Shown: positions 25,468 through 36,919 of the stretch, one piece after another | Layout: every line of letters begins with the position of its first letter | How positions within the stretch are numbered: the first letter of the stretch is position 1 | DNA from: Torpedo marmorata | Lineage: Eukaryota | DNA: 64,000 nt | NCBI GenBank assembly: GCA_977017645.1 | Contig: OZ360220.1 | Span: 161,386,001-161,450,000 of the forward strand | Reading direction: 5' to 3' | Translations under genes and position numbers: made by a program | Notes under the pieces: model-generated | What the model was told of the DNA's origin: nothing | The model's database searches: none | The model's input: the letters and a program-made list of their open reading frames with translations, nothing else

Positions 25468-25551
25468 CACTAGAATTGTGAGAGCTGTTATTTTCTTCAC
25501 ATGCATTTGGCAGTTTAGCTTCACTTCTTTTGACAAGAGGGCTCTCTGCAT
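25468..25551 (-). CDS. ZNF618: ZNF618 internal exon (DAESPLVKRSEAKLPNACEENNSSHNSS)
   Basis: 84 nt, tttgcag acceptor, G|gtaagt donor; resembles mammalian AESAFSRRVEGKAQNHFEETNSSSQNSS. Confidence 0.9.
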
Positions 25552-27704
25552 CTGCAAATTTTGAGAAATATTAAAGTCCTTTAGCAAAATACATTATATA
25601 CTGAAAAAAAGTACTTGGATCATTTGCTGAAAATTGGAGCAATTTTGTCATATTTAGTTTCTTACGACAGAGAAGATGATATCTTCCTGAAGTACAAGTC
25701 CCCAGTCACAGAGAATGCATACAAATCTTCCATTTGCTAGTGTTTCACAGAAACTGCACAATTAAATCAATTAATCTCACCAGGCATAAATAGGAAACAG
25801 GTCTTTATTTTTCAGCATTACTAGAACTGAACACCAAGACTTACACAAAACTAATTACTGACCTGGAGGTCCAAGATGTTTTAGTTTGCTTATTTTTGCT
25901 GGTTCCGGTGCTTTCCCATCAGTCTGCATGTGGACTGCAGAGAAAACTGCATCCCCTTGCAATGAGCTTGCTGGCACTTCTGTAGACCGAGAGAGCAGGG
26001 AGTAGGGCAACTGCCTTTCACCACTTTTCTGTGGCCTACTACCTTGGCCACCCTACAGGTTTGGTTTGCCTGCAAAACGGGGCTGGCATTCAATGTCCTT
26101 GGAGGTCTGTCCTCAAGATGGCAGTGCCCATGTCCAGCAGCCTAGACTCGAAGGGTTGCAGACCCCTAGAAAGTGAATCAGCACAGGGGACCCCCACCCA
26201 CAGAAGAGAAGCCTTGGGAGAGGACTCAGGAGGTAGGAAACCACAGTAGCAGACCAAGCTCCTGTTCGAGGTTTAGCAGCTGAAGGCCTCACACCAGGCC
26301 ATGAGCTGCTGGTGACCGGTTTCTGGGAAACAGGTATTGATTGGATCGAGGATGAGCAAGAGTACCATTGGCAAGCAGGGCTCCCGAAGGGCTTCGGTCC
26401 AACCTTTCAGGGTCAAGGAGGCGCAATTTGGATGCCTTGAACCTAGGTTCACCGCTGGACAGGACAAGAGGCTGTGTGGCTACAGGGGAACAGGAAGCAG
26501 CGAGATCCACACGAATTCTCTGAAGACTCTTGCTTCTCTCATCTTGATACTTGCTCTATATTAACTGTATCTCTGTGTACCTTTACAGGGCAAAGGAAAG
26601 ATTTATGTGCATTGTATGTACCTCCAATAAATGGAATCTTGAATGGTCAGTGGTGCCAATTTCTTATACATTTTTTTACCATGTCAATCTATTATTTCAG
26701 AAAACGTGATTGATATAATGATTGCAGTTCAAAAAAAAGCATTGTTTTTTCATTTATTTTGTTAATAATGTAATCTAGATTGAACAAAAGCACTTCCACA
26801 GGAAAATGCCACCAATGATGACAATAGCAAATTGCTACAAATGTTGAAGGAAAAGCACCAAGCAAATATATTGTTACTTAGGCCTGGATTTCCCAATCAG
26901 TGCTAAAGAGATGGTGTTTTCAGTGGAAGATGTGTCAGGAAAATGGGAAACAGCTTTTGGGCAATCCTGCCATTGGGCACTCACATTGAAGAACTCATGC
27001 AGACAGCAAACTGGGAAGTCAACAAGCCCACTAATTTTTACTTAACTGTTAACATTTTACAGGAAGGAAAATTAAGACTGGGACAATACACATGATACTA
27101 ATGTGGAAATTCTAACAGAACAAAAGTAAAAAAAAATTGTAAAGCCAGAAATGATGCTTATAAATTTTTTTAGGTTCAGAGAATTTTTCAGAATCAGAGG
27201 CTGTTCAGTAGTAATCATCTTACTATGTTGTTAAAAGCTCAGCAATATGATTCAATTATTCACACAGCAAGAATATTTTGTAAAATGTTCTAGTTCAATT
27301 CATTGATTCACACATTATTTTTGCAAAGTCTGTAACATTACATTGTATGAAGGATAAGAGGTGTCAAGGACAGCAACTTTGAGGTTTCCATGTTTTACTG
27401 TGGAAGGGTAGACATCGAACATGGTTGTCAGTTCCACAGTGGAATGACAGTGAATTCCACGAGATCTCCAGCTTTACAAGCAAATTCCAGGCTATGCTAC
27501 CCGACGAGAAGAGATCCGCTCAACAGGGGCAAGGCTGAACATTCTCCCCATAATACGTCTCTCATTAACACACTTAATTCTTAACATTCCCCCAAGGTCT
27601 AAGGTTTGTTTGTTTTACCTGAAGACCTTGGATAGTTTTATGCATCACAATCTAACAAGATGTTACTTAAATCATGAACATTAGATTTGGAATATCATAC
27701 ATAC

Positions 27705-27794
27705 CAGAGGATGCATGTAAAGCCACATGTTCCTGGTAAGGAGTGTAATACTTGTACCGCTTGCCACAGTATTCACAGATGTAACTACCTGTCT
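27705..27794 (-). CDS. ZNF618: ZNF618 C2H2 finger exon (KTGSYICEYCGKRYKYYTPYQEHVALHASS)
   Basis: 90 nt, cttcag acceptor, G|gtatgt donor; matches mammalian TGNYTCEFCGKQYKYYTPYQEHVALHA. Confidence 0.95.
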
Positions 27795-29366
27795 CTGAAG
27801 CAGCAAAACAACAATTAAACAATTAACATCAAGTTCTCAGCTCCTGTGCTTAGCAGGAAAATTCTGAAAATGAAGAATAATAATCTCGTTAGCTACACAA
27901 TCATTCTGGAAACTAAGCTACAGGCTAAGTTGTTTTGCACCTCAGACAGAACAGAGAAGTATATTCTCTTTGCTGGTTTGTCCTTGGGAATGGAATAGTT
28001 AAGAATCCTTCCCCTGCAGCACTCAGAAGCTTTATTGCTGTATGATGGGAAAATAGGTGAAGAAAGTGCACTCCAAAAGAAAAATACAGGTAAATTATTG
28101 AAGAGAATTAAACATTTACTGCTACTTTTTCTTAGAATTTATCAGACCTCCAAAATGTAAAAAAAGAATATGCATAGCAATTTATATACCGTAATAATAT
28201 CAGTTCCTCAAGATTGTGAATAATTTGCTTCCACTCTGGTTTCGGAGAGTTTGAGACGCTCGTGCATGAATTCTTTTAATGTGGGGTGGCTGCTACACAG
28301 TTACACTAAAGACTCCACAGGGGGTCCAATGGTAAGGTAGTCCAAGACTAGACCAGGCTCTACTGCATAGATTTAGCATAACCTATGCAGATACACATAT
28401 TAAGCATTGGAGAGGTGACTGAAGATTAGAGGTTTCTGGGAGAAGTGGTCATGGTTACAGGCTTCAGAAAATGCAGCTACTGGTACAACAATGGGAGGGA
28501 GGAGAGAAAAATGATCGACAATTGTAGAAATACCATGGAAATGGTAAGCAGCAGTGGTCAGGGTCGGCCTCTGGAGAAGATAGAGCAGCCTGCAGCTGGA
28601 GAGTGGGGAAGCCTGATAGAGGATTGCAGGGGAAATTGAAAGGAGTAGAGATGAAAGGGGGCAAGTGAGGAGAGAGTGATGGGAAGCAGAGGTAGGGAAA
28701 TAGAGGGGGAGTGATTGTAAAGGACCAAGGTGCTGAAAAAGTGATATATTACAGCACATGAATACAGAATAGTACAGCACAGGAACGTCTTTCAGCCCAC
28801 ATGTCCAAGCCGAACAATGCCAAATTAAACAAAAACTCTGCTTGCACACGAGCCACATCCCTTCACATTTGTATCCAAAAGCCTCTAACGTTACATCCTA
28901 TCTGCTTCCACCGTACATCTGTCAGACCTTTCCAGCGACCAACCACTGTATAATAAAAACTTACCCCACAATCTCCTTTAAACTTTCTCCCCTCACCTTA
29001 AAAGCACGTCCTCTAATGGTTTAGACAACAATGAAATTGTCTAGGCTGGCAATGTCATTAAAACACTGAGAATCTGAACATGCTCACAAATAATAAATGG
29101 CCAACCACAACATTTAATTCCAGGCCCAAATTCCAATAAATTACATTTCTGTGGCACTGGGAAAATACCTTAGTTTCCCATGGTTTTTAATTTCAATCAT
29201 TTTATGTTGTAGTTTTCAGATGAATTCAGTAGAATAAGGCAGACTTCAGCTGCACAGTTGCCATTCCTTGTGTATTTCAGATTTTAAGATTTTCTTTTAA
29301 ATTAAAAATACCTACTTCTGCTCAAGACTGGCTTAATATTATGTGACACAAGCTAATTTGACACTA

Positions 29367-30129
29367 CCGTATTTGACGGCATATAAGACCCCCCTTTTCC
29401 CCCAAAAATTGCCTCAAAAACGACCCCGGGTCTTATATGCGAAGGTGACATTTTGGTGCCGCCATTTTGGGCACCGAGTGGAGTCCAGGAAGCTGGCCCG
29501 CAGCTTCGCGGACCACCTTACCTTGGGTGGCCCCTGCTTTCCGGAGTCGCCGCCACTCACTTTCCCCGGTAAGGCTCGCTCTCTCCCTCCCATTCGCTCT
29601 CCCCGCCCGCTTTCTCCCCGCCCTCGCTCGCTCTCACCAACAGTACTTTGAGGGGAGCGCTGGGCCTCGATGATCAGGCTTTGTTCGACGAGCACAGACC
29701 CTCGAGCAAATTGAATGAGGCGCGGGGGCGGGTGGCAGTGAGCGAGTGGCCTGTCAAGCTCAGCTCAACAGGCTGCTCGCTCACTGCCACCTGCCCCCGC
29801 GCCTCATTTAATCTGTTCGGGGGGGCCATGCGCGTCGTACAAAGGCCCAGCGCTCCCCTCAAAGCAAAGCAAGCGATCGATTGTCTGCTCCCCAAGACGG
29901 TGGGCCTGGGCCCTGCCCGTTGTCCTGGCTTCTCTCCCTCCCACCCTCGTGCGCCCGCAGGTTCTGGCACACCTGTCAATCAATTAGCGTTTGGACAGTT
30001 GGGGGGAGGGGGGGGCGTGCGGCGGGCAGGAGGACGTGTTGCTGCTGTGAAGGTAAATACACAAACAAATTTTTCCTGAAATCTCACGCTAAAAATGGGG
30101 TGGGGGGTCCTATATGCCGTCAAATACGG
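29367..30129 (+). mobile_element. Second non-autonomous Tc2/pogo-type element with partial DONSON cargo and internal palindrome
   Basis: TA TSD; TIR CCGTATTTGACGGCATATA. Left ~80 bp is the reverse complement of the right end of 20217-20928. 29483-29572 encodes SRKLARSFADHLTLGGPCFPESPPLTFPG, homologous to the 20.5-kb cargo. Confidence 0.88.
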
Positions 30130-31192
30130 TAATTTAGCAAATAGTTCAAAAATGATTTTCCCTGCAGATTTCAGGAGCTGGAGAGCGCAAGGTTACAGTA
30201 AAACATAATGGAGCCAAATAAAATCAAGGAATTGCAGAAACTTGCAGCTAAAAATTTATGACTTTCTTAAAGATGTTAGGAATTATATTAAAGCACTATC
30301 CTGTTCCCCACATGAAATCATAAAAAATCTGCAAAATGAGATTATTAGGGCAGACTTGCACCTGAAGCAATATCTCAAATACACCCATTCACAACACATT
30401 AATAAATCTCCATTTTATTGTACAATAATCTTACACAAGTGATAATGAAGATACCTGAAAACACTCCAATGACGTGCATCAAGCCTGTCATTAAAATTTC
30501 TTACTTGGGCTACACTTACACCCTACTGTTTTCAGAATTTATAAATTATCAGGCAGCCCAATGTAACAGGACCAGACAAATTGAAAAATGACAGCAGGTT
30601 ATGGAAGGAGACCTTTGTTCACCACCCACAATGAAATTTATGAGACAGCTACAAATCCAAGTACCAACTCCACCGCTAAACACTTTACAAAATACACCCG
30701 TTTCATTAGGATGACTCCAAGTGTTGGGCGGGGGTGGGGGTGTGCATTGGGATGGGTTCGAGTGACGGCTTTGTTCAGTCACAGTACTACACTGGTAATT
30801 TTCTCCATTTGAATGCCGCCAGCCACCCTGGAATTAAGCGAGAGTAATACTTCGGAAAGACCAAGCTCCATGTTTCCAGAGCTAACCACCTCCCTAGGAA
30901 CCCCGGATGGCTTGCACAGCTTTCACAAATAGCTGTCCCTCTCTAATACACTAATAAGAAACACCGGAGATTCATACTAGCCAATACGTTGATGTAGGCT
31001 AAGCCTGTGGCTCTGGAGGTACTTGCATCTTGAAGAGTAGATACATGTTCACAATGCAACCTGGCCAAAACTACTAAGTTAGCCTGATCTACGTCCTACC
31101 AGCTGTATAAACAATCTTTGTAGAGCATATGCAATGAATCAGAACTGAGAATTGTCAAAACGTGCAGATCCATGAATTAAAAGAGATCATAC

Positions 31193-31273
31193 TTGATCCA
31201 GGGCTACGAACAGTTTCTTCCACCTGTTCAGTTTTCACCTCTGCTGGTGTCTCAACTGCATGATCATATGGAT
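31193..31273 (-). CDS. ZNF618: ZNF618 internal exon (DPYDHAVETPAEVKTEQVEETVRSPGS)
   Basis: 81 nt, ttttag acceptor, A|gtatga donor; similar to mammalian DPFDQGVVATDEVKEE. Confidence 0.88.
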
Positions 31274-31670
31274 CTAAAATTAAGAGATATTAGTTTTAAT
31301 TGACTTTAAAACATGAAATATACAAGCAATAATTTATGGAATAGCTTTCCTACCCATTGTGACTTAGCTTAAAGTACGCTTTGAATTCTACAGTTGAGGA
31401 TGTGCCCTTCCTGTATCAACAACATGGACACATTCAGAATTTGAACTAAACGCACTGTGGAAATTGGAAAAGGGAAAACACAATTATGCCTCAATCTTAG
31501 GAGTGAAAGAGCTTTATGATAACTATTACAAATCTACTCTCACAAGAACTTCACGAGTAATGGTTTAGGAAAAGTATAGATGTTATTTATAGGATCACTC
31601 CTGAACTTTTCTTTCTGATGTCATTTGAAATGTACAGAAAATTTGAGCAATTAATTTGCAAAATACATAC

Positions 31671-31760
31671 CATCCACTGCATGCAAATCTCGGTGTTCTT
31701 GGAAGCAGCTGTAATATTTGTACTTCTTGCCACAGATATCACACATATACCTAAAATTCT
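31671..31760 (-). CDS. ZNF618: ZNF618 C2H2 finger exon (KNFRYMCDICGKKYKYYSCFQEHRDLHAVD)
   Basis: 90 nt, tttgcag acceptor, G|gtatgt donor; near-identical to mammalian finger 2. Confidence 0.96.
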
Positions 31761-32458
31761 CTGCAAACAATTGGGGAAAAACAAGGTTAGTAAATGTGCT
31801 TGTATTCCACTTTCTAAACCACAAAACCATTCTGACAATCTTAAGCTCTTATTTCAGGCAGTTTTAATTTTCAAACTACTCTATAATCTTAGTGCTCCCC
31901 ACCAACCACCCCCCACCACCACGGACCTTTCCTTGTCTATATTTGCTCATTGCAATTTGTGTAGGTTGTCACAACTATGACAGGCTGCAATCGTGGAGGC
32001 TAATCACATGACAATCAATTTCAGGATACATCCAGTTTGAGACCATTATCACTGCTGCTAAATAATAATTGGATCATCAATAATCAAATATCTTTACATT
32101 TGTTTTTGCTGTTTTAGGACAAAAAAGGATCATGGGGCAAGCCTACAAATATAAACTATGCTTTTTATGGGATGATGAAAGAATACTTGGGAAATTCACA
32201 TTCCATTCCCTGTGATTCCTGGACAATCCAGAAGAATGTAATCCTACTGAAGGATTAAGCCATCTGACACCCTCACAATCTAGCTTTATTCACAGAGAAT
32301 ACTTTGGTTAAAACAATAGGGAAAGGAGGGAACAGGCAACATCTCTGGAAGGGGATCAATGATAATAAGAATTTTATTCTTTCAGATAGAGATGACAGTA
32401 ATCAAGGATGCAGACATAGCAGGAAATGAGAAATTTTGGACAAAGGCTTCATCTAGAT

Positions 32459-32830
32459 CGGTGGTTTTCAAACTGCCCCCCTAAACTCACATTCCACCTT
32501 AAGCAATCCCTATCCCTGTGATTAGTAAGGGATTGCTTAAGGTGATATGTGAGTGGAAAGAAAAAGTTTGAAAACAACTGTTTTAATCGCACCTAATTAA
32601 CTCGTTATGTGCACGGTTTCATAACTCCAAAGGAAATGGGCCAATGACAATTTTTCTCAAGCCAAATATTTCAGTAACAATTGGGTCTAGAGCAGTGGTT
32701 CTCAACCTTCCCTTCCCACTCACACACCACCTTAAGCAATCCCTTACTAATCACAGAGCACTTATGGCATAGGGATTGCTTAAGGTGGAATGTGAGTCTA
32801 AGGGGGGGGGGGGAAGTTTGAAAACCACTG
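32459..32830. mobile_element. hAT-Charlie-like dimeric MITE
   Basis: TIR c(a/g)gtggttttcaaact; flanks atctagat / ttctaggt fit the NTCTAGAN target; an internal second monomer starts at gtctagag|cagtggttctcaacc. Confidence 0.8.
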
Positions 32831-33214
32831 TTCTAGGTCAAAACTTACTTAATTTTCTTTCAACTTGTTTTGTACCAAACATGTTACAAAAGAGAGAGCT
32901 GGCCAGAAAACAAAATGTTATAATAATGAAATCACAAATTGAACAGGAAACCCCAACTCCCACCCTAAATTTTCCCTGCAGATGAAGAAATTAATCCACA
33001 TACTGTACACTCTTTCCAACTCAACATCCACAGTGCATGGGTGAAACACAAAGTACCCTTCTCCAAGTCTTTCACAAAATGAGTCAACCAGGCGATGATC
33101 ATATGCTTATGCACATTTTTGACCAAAGTGAATGTTATGAATGCAAAATGAACTTTAAGATCTCATCGGACACTCAGCAAAACCAATCTTCCTAACATCA
33201 ACTTCACTCTTAAG

Positions 33215-33506
33215 ACAAGAGGCGGTGTCTTAAGAAAGCAGCCTCTATCCTCAAGGACCCCACCCACCCACCCAGGCCATGCACTCTACCATTGGGAAAA
33301 AGGTACAGGAGCCTGAACTCAGCAGCACAAGGACCATCAGATTTCCAAATGAACAATGAACCACAGACACCACCTTATTTTGCCTCTTTTTTTTTTCTTG
33401 CACTATTTTATTTATTTTGAAATGTGGTTTATAGAAATATTTGCACTGTAATGCTGCAGCAAAAACAACAAATTTTGTTATATGTTCATGACAATAAATT
33501 CTGATC
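33215..33506 (+). mobile_element. Rex1/Babar 3' end fragment
   Basis: Similar to 1700-2018, including the aataaattctgat tail. Confidence 0.8.
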
Positions 33507-33617
33507 AACACTTTGATCCAAACACTGACCAAAGAACTCAGTACCAGGTGAGGCAAGTGATGATCCTTGACATTAAAGGAGCATTTAACTCTAATTGGCA
33601 TCAAAGAACTGAAGTCA

Positions 33618-33751
33618 GAAATATTTGGCTTGAGAAAAATTGTCATTGGCCCATTTCCTTTGGAGTTATGAAACCGTGCACATAACGAGTTAATTAGGTG
33701 CGATTAAAACAGTTGTTTTCAAACTTTTTCTTTCCACTCACATATCACCTT
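33618..33751. mobile_element. Internal fragment of the hAT MITE family
   Basis: Reverse complement of 32538-32670. Confidence 0.75.
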
Positions 33752-34575
33752 ATAGTCAACATGGAAAACTACTTTTCAAAACTATCCCTTTTTAAAATAA
33801 CTATTGAGTTACAAGAAACAATAAGAACACAGCAACATGTTGCTGTTAAAAACAAGTTTAACATTGCAAAGAACTAGAATTTCATGCAGTTAAATCAAAA
33901 TACTTTTCTTGATTCGGATTAAAACATATCCAAGAATGAAATGAACATTAAAAGATAAGCCCCTTATAGGTCTAAGGCCACAACATTCTCCACATTAAGT
34001 AAATAGAACAGGTAGAGCACAGCAAAACTACAATTCTGATGTATTAAAAATCATTATGTCAGGCCAAGGTTTTGTGCGATAAATTGATTTGTTTACACTG
34101 GTTAACAAAACTGTCTATGTAAGTTTTTCCACATCGCAACTACATCCTTCACCCTGTTAACACGCACACATACAATGCGTCAAGATTAAGAGGCAGTTCT
34201 GTTATAAGGACTCTTGAACCTCCCCACACTACCCTAACCTCAGACTACTCCAGGACCACCAAAAGATATGGCCGCTCTAGTGAAACCCCACTTCCAGTTT
34301 CAGCATTCAGTTTTGCATCATCCCACGAAACCTTGAACAATCTGCCCTCACCTTGTCAAATTTCACTCAGTCTTCTGTTATTAATCATCTCACCTTTAGA
34401 ACAAAATTTGAGGTGGCGCTGCCCCACCAAATGCAGTATTTCTGACAGTCCTTGGACTCCATGTGCAGGCACTGCTCGTTTACTTACATTTCTTCAAGTG
34501 CTCCCACTGCTTGCAAATCTCCCGTGCTCAAATGGGGGGAGGTTAAAAAAAAAACATTTGGCACCGAATACTCAC

Positions 34576-34620
34576 TTGCCTGTGGAGAATTTTCAGCTGA
34601 TGCAGAAGAGGTTTCATTTT
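34576..34620 (-). CDS. ZNF618: ZNF618 linker exon (ENETSSASAENSPQA)
   Basis: 45 nt, tctttttgcag acceptor, A|gtgagt donor, phase 1-1, in the position of mammalian DTEATSGEGASQS. Confidence 0.85.
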
Positions 34621-35048
34621 CTGCAAAAAGAAACAAAATGCATATTGTTTACTCAAAAACCTGCAACACCTTATGCCTAATTATTTATCACACCAAACTG
34701 TATTTTAGAAATTTGGACAATGATCCAAAAGTATAATACGGCACATGCTGAAAATATGAAATAAAACCTGAATGCTGGAAATATTCAACAGATTAAAGAG
34801 TGAAACAGGGTTAATGCCTCAAATTGTTGACCTTCCATCAAATTTGGGAAAAGTTAAAAATGAAACAAGTTTTAATTTGCAGGTCTGTTAAAGGAGAGAC
34901 CAGGACAGGTTAATTGACATGGAGAGGTATTGTAGACAAAGGCCAGTGAATAACCAAGTCTGGGAGAGGTGCAAATCGGCAGTGCCAGATTTAGGAATAA
35001 GCTAAACAAGCTACACCTTAGGGCAGAATTTTTTGGGGGGCTTTTAAA

Positions 35049-35197
35049 NNNNNNNNNNNNNNNNNNNNNNNNNNNNNNNNNNNNNNNNNNNNNNNNNNNN
35101 NNNNNNNNNNNNNNNNNNNNNNNNNNNNNNNNNNNNNNNNNNNNNNNNNNNNNNNNNNNNNNNNNNNNNNNNNNNNNNNNNNNNNNNNNNNNNNNNN
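35049..35197. other. Assembly gap (probably hides the left TIR of the adjacent transposon)
   Basis: Run of N directly before the subterminal sequence shared with 57280-57324. Confidence 0.95.
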
Positions 35198-35368
35198 TCG
35201 ACCCCCCTTTTTCAGCCTCATTTTAATGGTTTTATGGTATATCCGGCGTATAAGTCGACCCCCAAAAATCGCGATGATTGAGCTGCTGGGCGTTGACCGG
35301 CGTATAGGTCGACCCACAACGATCGCGCTGATTGAGCTGCTGGGCGTTGGCTGGAGGTGATTGTTATC

Positions 35369-36694
35369 ATGGAGGCTCAATTGAAACTACGAAAGTATGA
35401 GGCGAGTTTTAAATTAAAAGTGATAGAAATGGCCAAGAAAACCAACAACTGTGCTGCTGCAAGAAAATTTGATATATACGAGAAGTTGGTAAGAGATTGG
35501 AGGAAGAAAGAAGATACTTTAAGAAAAATACCAAAAAGGCAATGTTCGATGAGAAGAGGAATCACTCGTTGGCCAGAGTTGGAAAATCATGTTGCAGCAT
35601 GGGTATGTGAACAGAGGCAAGATTGCTACATAGTCACCCGAAATAAAATAAGAACATTTGTACTGAAGTGGGCAAAGTCACACCCAGAACTCAGTAACGA
35701 TTTTGAAGCTACAGTAGGCTGGTGCAACCGTTTAATGAACAGGAAAAATCTGGTATTACGTCAAAAAACTAAAATTGCTCAGAAACTATCAAAAGATCTT
35801 GATCATAAAGTTGTAAGTTTTCACCAGTTTATTATACGTAACCGGCAGAAACACAAGTTTGCATTGGCAAATATTGGAAACATGGACGAAACCCCCATGA
35901 ATTTTGACATGATAGGCAATAGAACAGTGGAATGGAAAGGTGTGAAAACTGTGCAAACAAGGAGTACAGGACATGAAAGGACCAGGTTTACTGTGGTGTT
36001 ATCGTGCATGGCCGACGGGACAAAGTTAAGACCCATGGTAATCTTCAAACGCAAACTTAAACCTAAAATAAATTTCCCAGCAGGTATTTTTGTACATTTT
36101 CATGAAAAAGGATGGATGGATGAAAATGGTGTAAAACTATGGATAGACAATGTGTGGAACAGGCGGCCAGGCGGTTTATGCAAGGAACGGAGTTTGCTGG
36201 TCTGGGATATGTTTCGTAGCCACTTAACTGAGAAGATTAAAAGTAGATTAGCACAACATAATACTTACATGGCGGTTATCCTGGGTGGTTTGACGTCTAT
36301 ATTGCAACCTCTCGATGTCTGCTTGAATAAGCCATTCAAAGACCACGTGCGTGAAGAGTGGAATACATGGATGTCGAGTGCAGAAAAATCATTTACAAAA
36401 GGCGGGGCAATGCGTGCTGCATCGCTTGATGTGCTGTGTGACTTCGTGCTCAAGGCATGGGACAAAGTGAAAGTAGAGACTATAATAAAAACATTTAAAA
36501 AGTGCGGTATCTCTTGTGCAATTGATGGTACGGAAGATGATTTATTGTGGGACACTGATGACGAAGCTGAAGACGCCTCATCAGATACAGACTGGGACCC
36601 GTATGATGACTGTTTAAACAGTGAGATCCCGGATGTGCTTGCTGAGATCTTTGCCTCAGACGATGATAGCGAAAGTGATTTTGAAGGGTTCTAA
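35369..36694 (+). CDS. pogo-family DD35D transposase (Brinker-like DBD, CENP-B HTH, DDE_1), 441 aa from ATG
   Basis: YEASFKLKVI..AARKF; WPELE..GWCNR; catalytic NMDET, VWD and QPLD with 35 residues between D2 and D3; acidic C-terminal tail; no stops. Confidence 0.92.
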   Translation: MEAQLKLRKYEASFKLKVIEMAKKTNNCAAARKFDIYEKLVRDWRKKEDTLRKIPKRQCSMRRGITRWPELENHVAAWVCEQRQDCYIVTRNKIRTFVLKWAKSHPELSNDFEATVGWCNRLMNRKNLVLRQKTKIAQKLSKDLDHKVVSFHQFIIRNRQKHKFALANIGNMDETPMNFDMIGNRTVEWKGVKTVQTRSTGHERTRFTVVLSCMADGTKLRPMVIFKRKLKPKINFPAGIFVHFHEKGWMDENGVKLWIDNVWNRRPGGLCKERSLLVWDMFRSHLTEKIKSRLAQHNTYMAVILGGLTSILQPLDVCLNKPFKDHVREEWNTWMSSAEKSFTKGGAMRAASLDVLCDFVLKAWDKVKVETIIKTFKKCGISCAIDGTEDDLLWDTDDEAEDASSDTDWDPYDDCLNSEIPDVLAEIFASDDDSESDFEGF

Positions 36695-36758
36695 ATGTCT
36701 TGTTGTTTTCAATAAAAATGTCAATGAAAATTTGTTGCAGTCGGGTTTTTTTTTGGTT

Positions 36759-36903
36759 TTTCAAGGGTCGACTTATACGCCGAATCGTGTTTTCAAGGGT
36801 CGACTTATACGCCGAATCGTGTTTTCAAGGGTCGACTTATACGCCGAATCGTTTTCAAGGGTCGACTTATACGCCGAATCGTGTTTTCAAGGGTCGACTT
36901 ATA
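36759..36903 (+). repeat. ~32-bp subterminal tandem repeat (ttttcaagggtcgacttatacgccgaatcgtg, about 4.5 copies)
   Basis: Directly visible; each unit contains the inner TIR motif. Confidence 0.9.
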
Positions 36904-36919
36904 TATATATATATATATA

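Larger units (their letters stand above)
35198..36903 (+). mobile_element. pogo/Tc2-type (Passer, POGK-like) DNA transposon, copy 1
   Basis: Collinear with 55524-57324 in the opposite orientation; subterminal GTCGACTTATACGCCG repeats; right end cut by (TA)n and a CR1. Confidence 0.93.

Noticed and set aside
25890-26645. Cluster of short ORFs in a GC-richer block ending aataaatggaatcttgaat
   Set aside because: Looks like a non-coding retroposon 3' region (similar block at 44380-44700); no recognisable protein and the family cannot be assigned.
30236-30300. FNIIPNIFKKV on the minus strand, faintly like a recalled mammalian alternative ZNF618 exon
   Set aside because: Stops in the spliced frames, no good donor, and the similarity is too short.
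34488-34526. 39-nt candidate exon (REICKQWEHLKK) with a gtaagt donor
   Set aside because: Only 49 nt from the upstream exon, weak GAG acceptor, and splicing to the next exon creates T|AG stop. It could be a poison exon but nothing here supports it.
36759-36903. Regular ~32-bp repeats as a CRISPR-like array
   Set aside because: No unique spacers; these are subterminal repeats of a eukaryotic pogo transposon.
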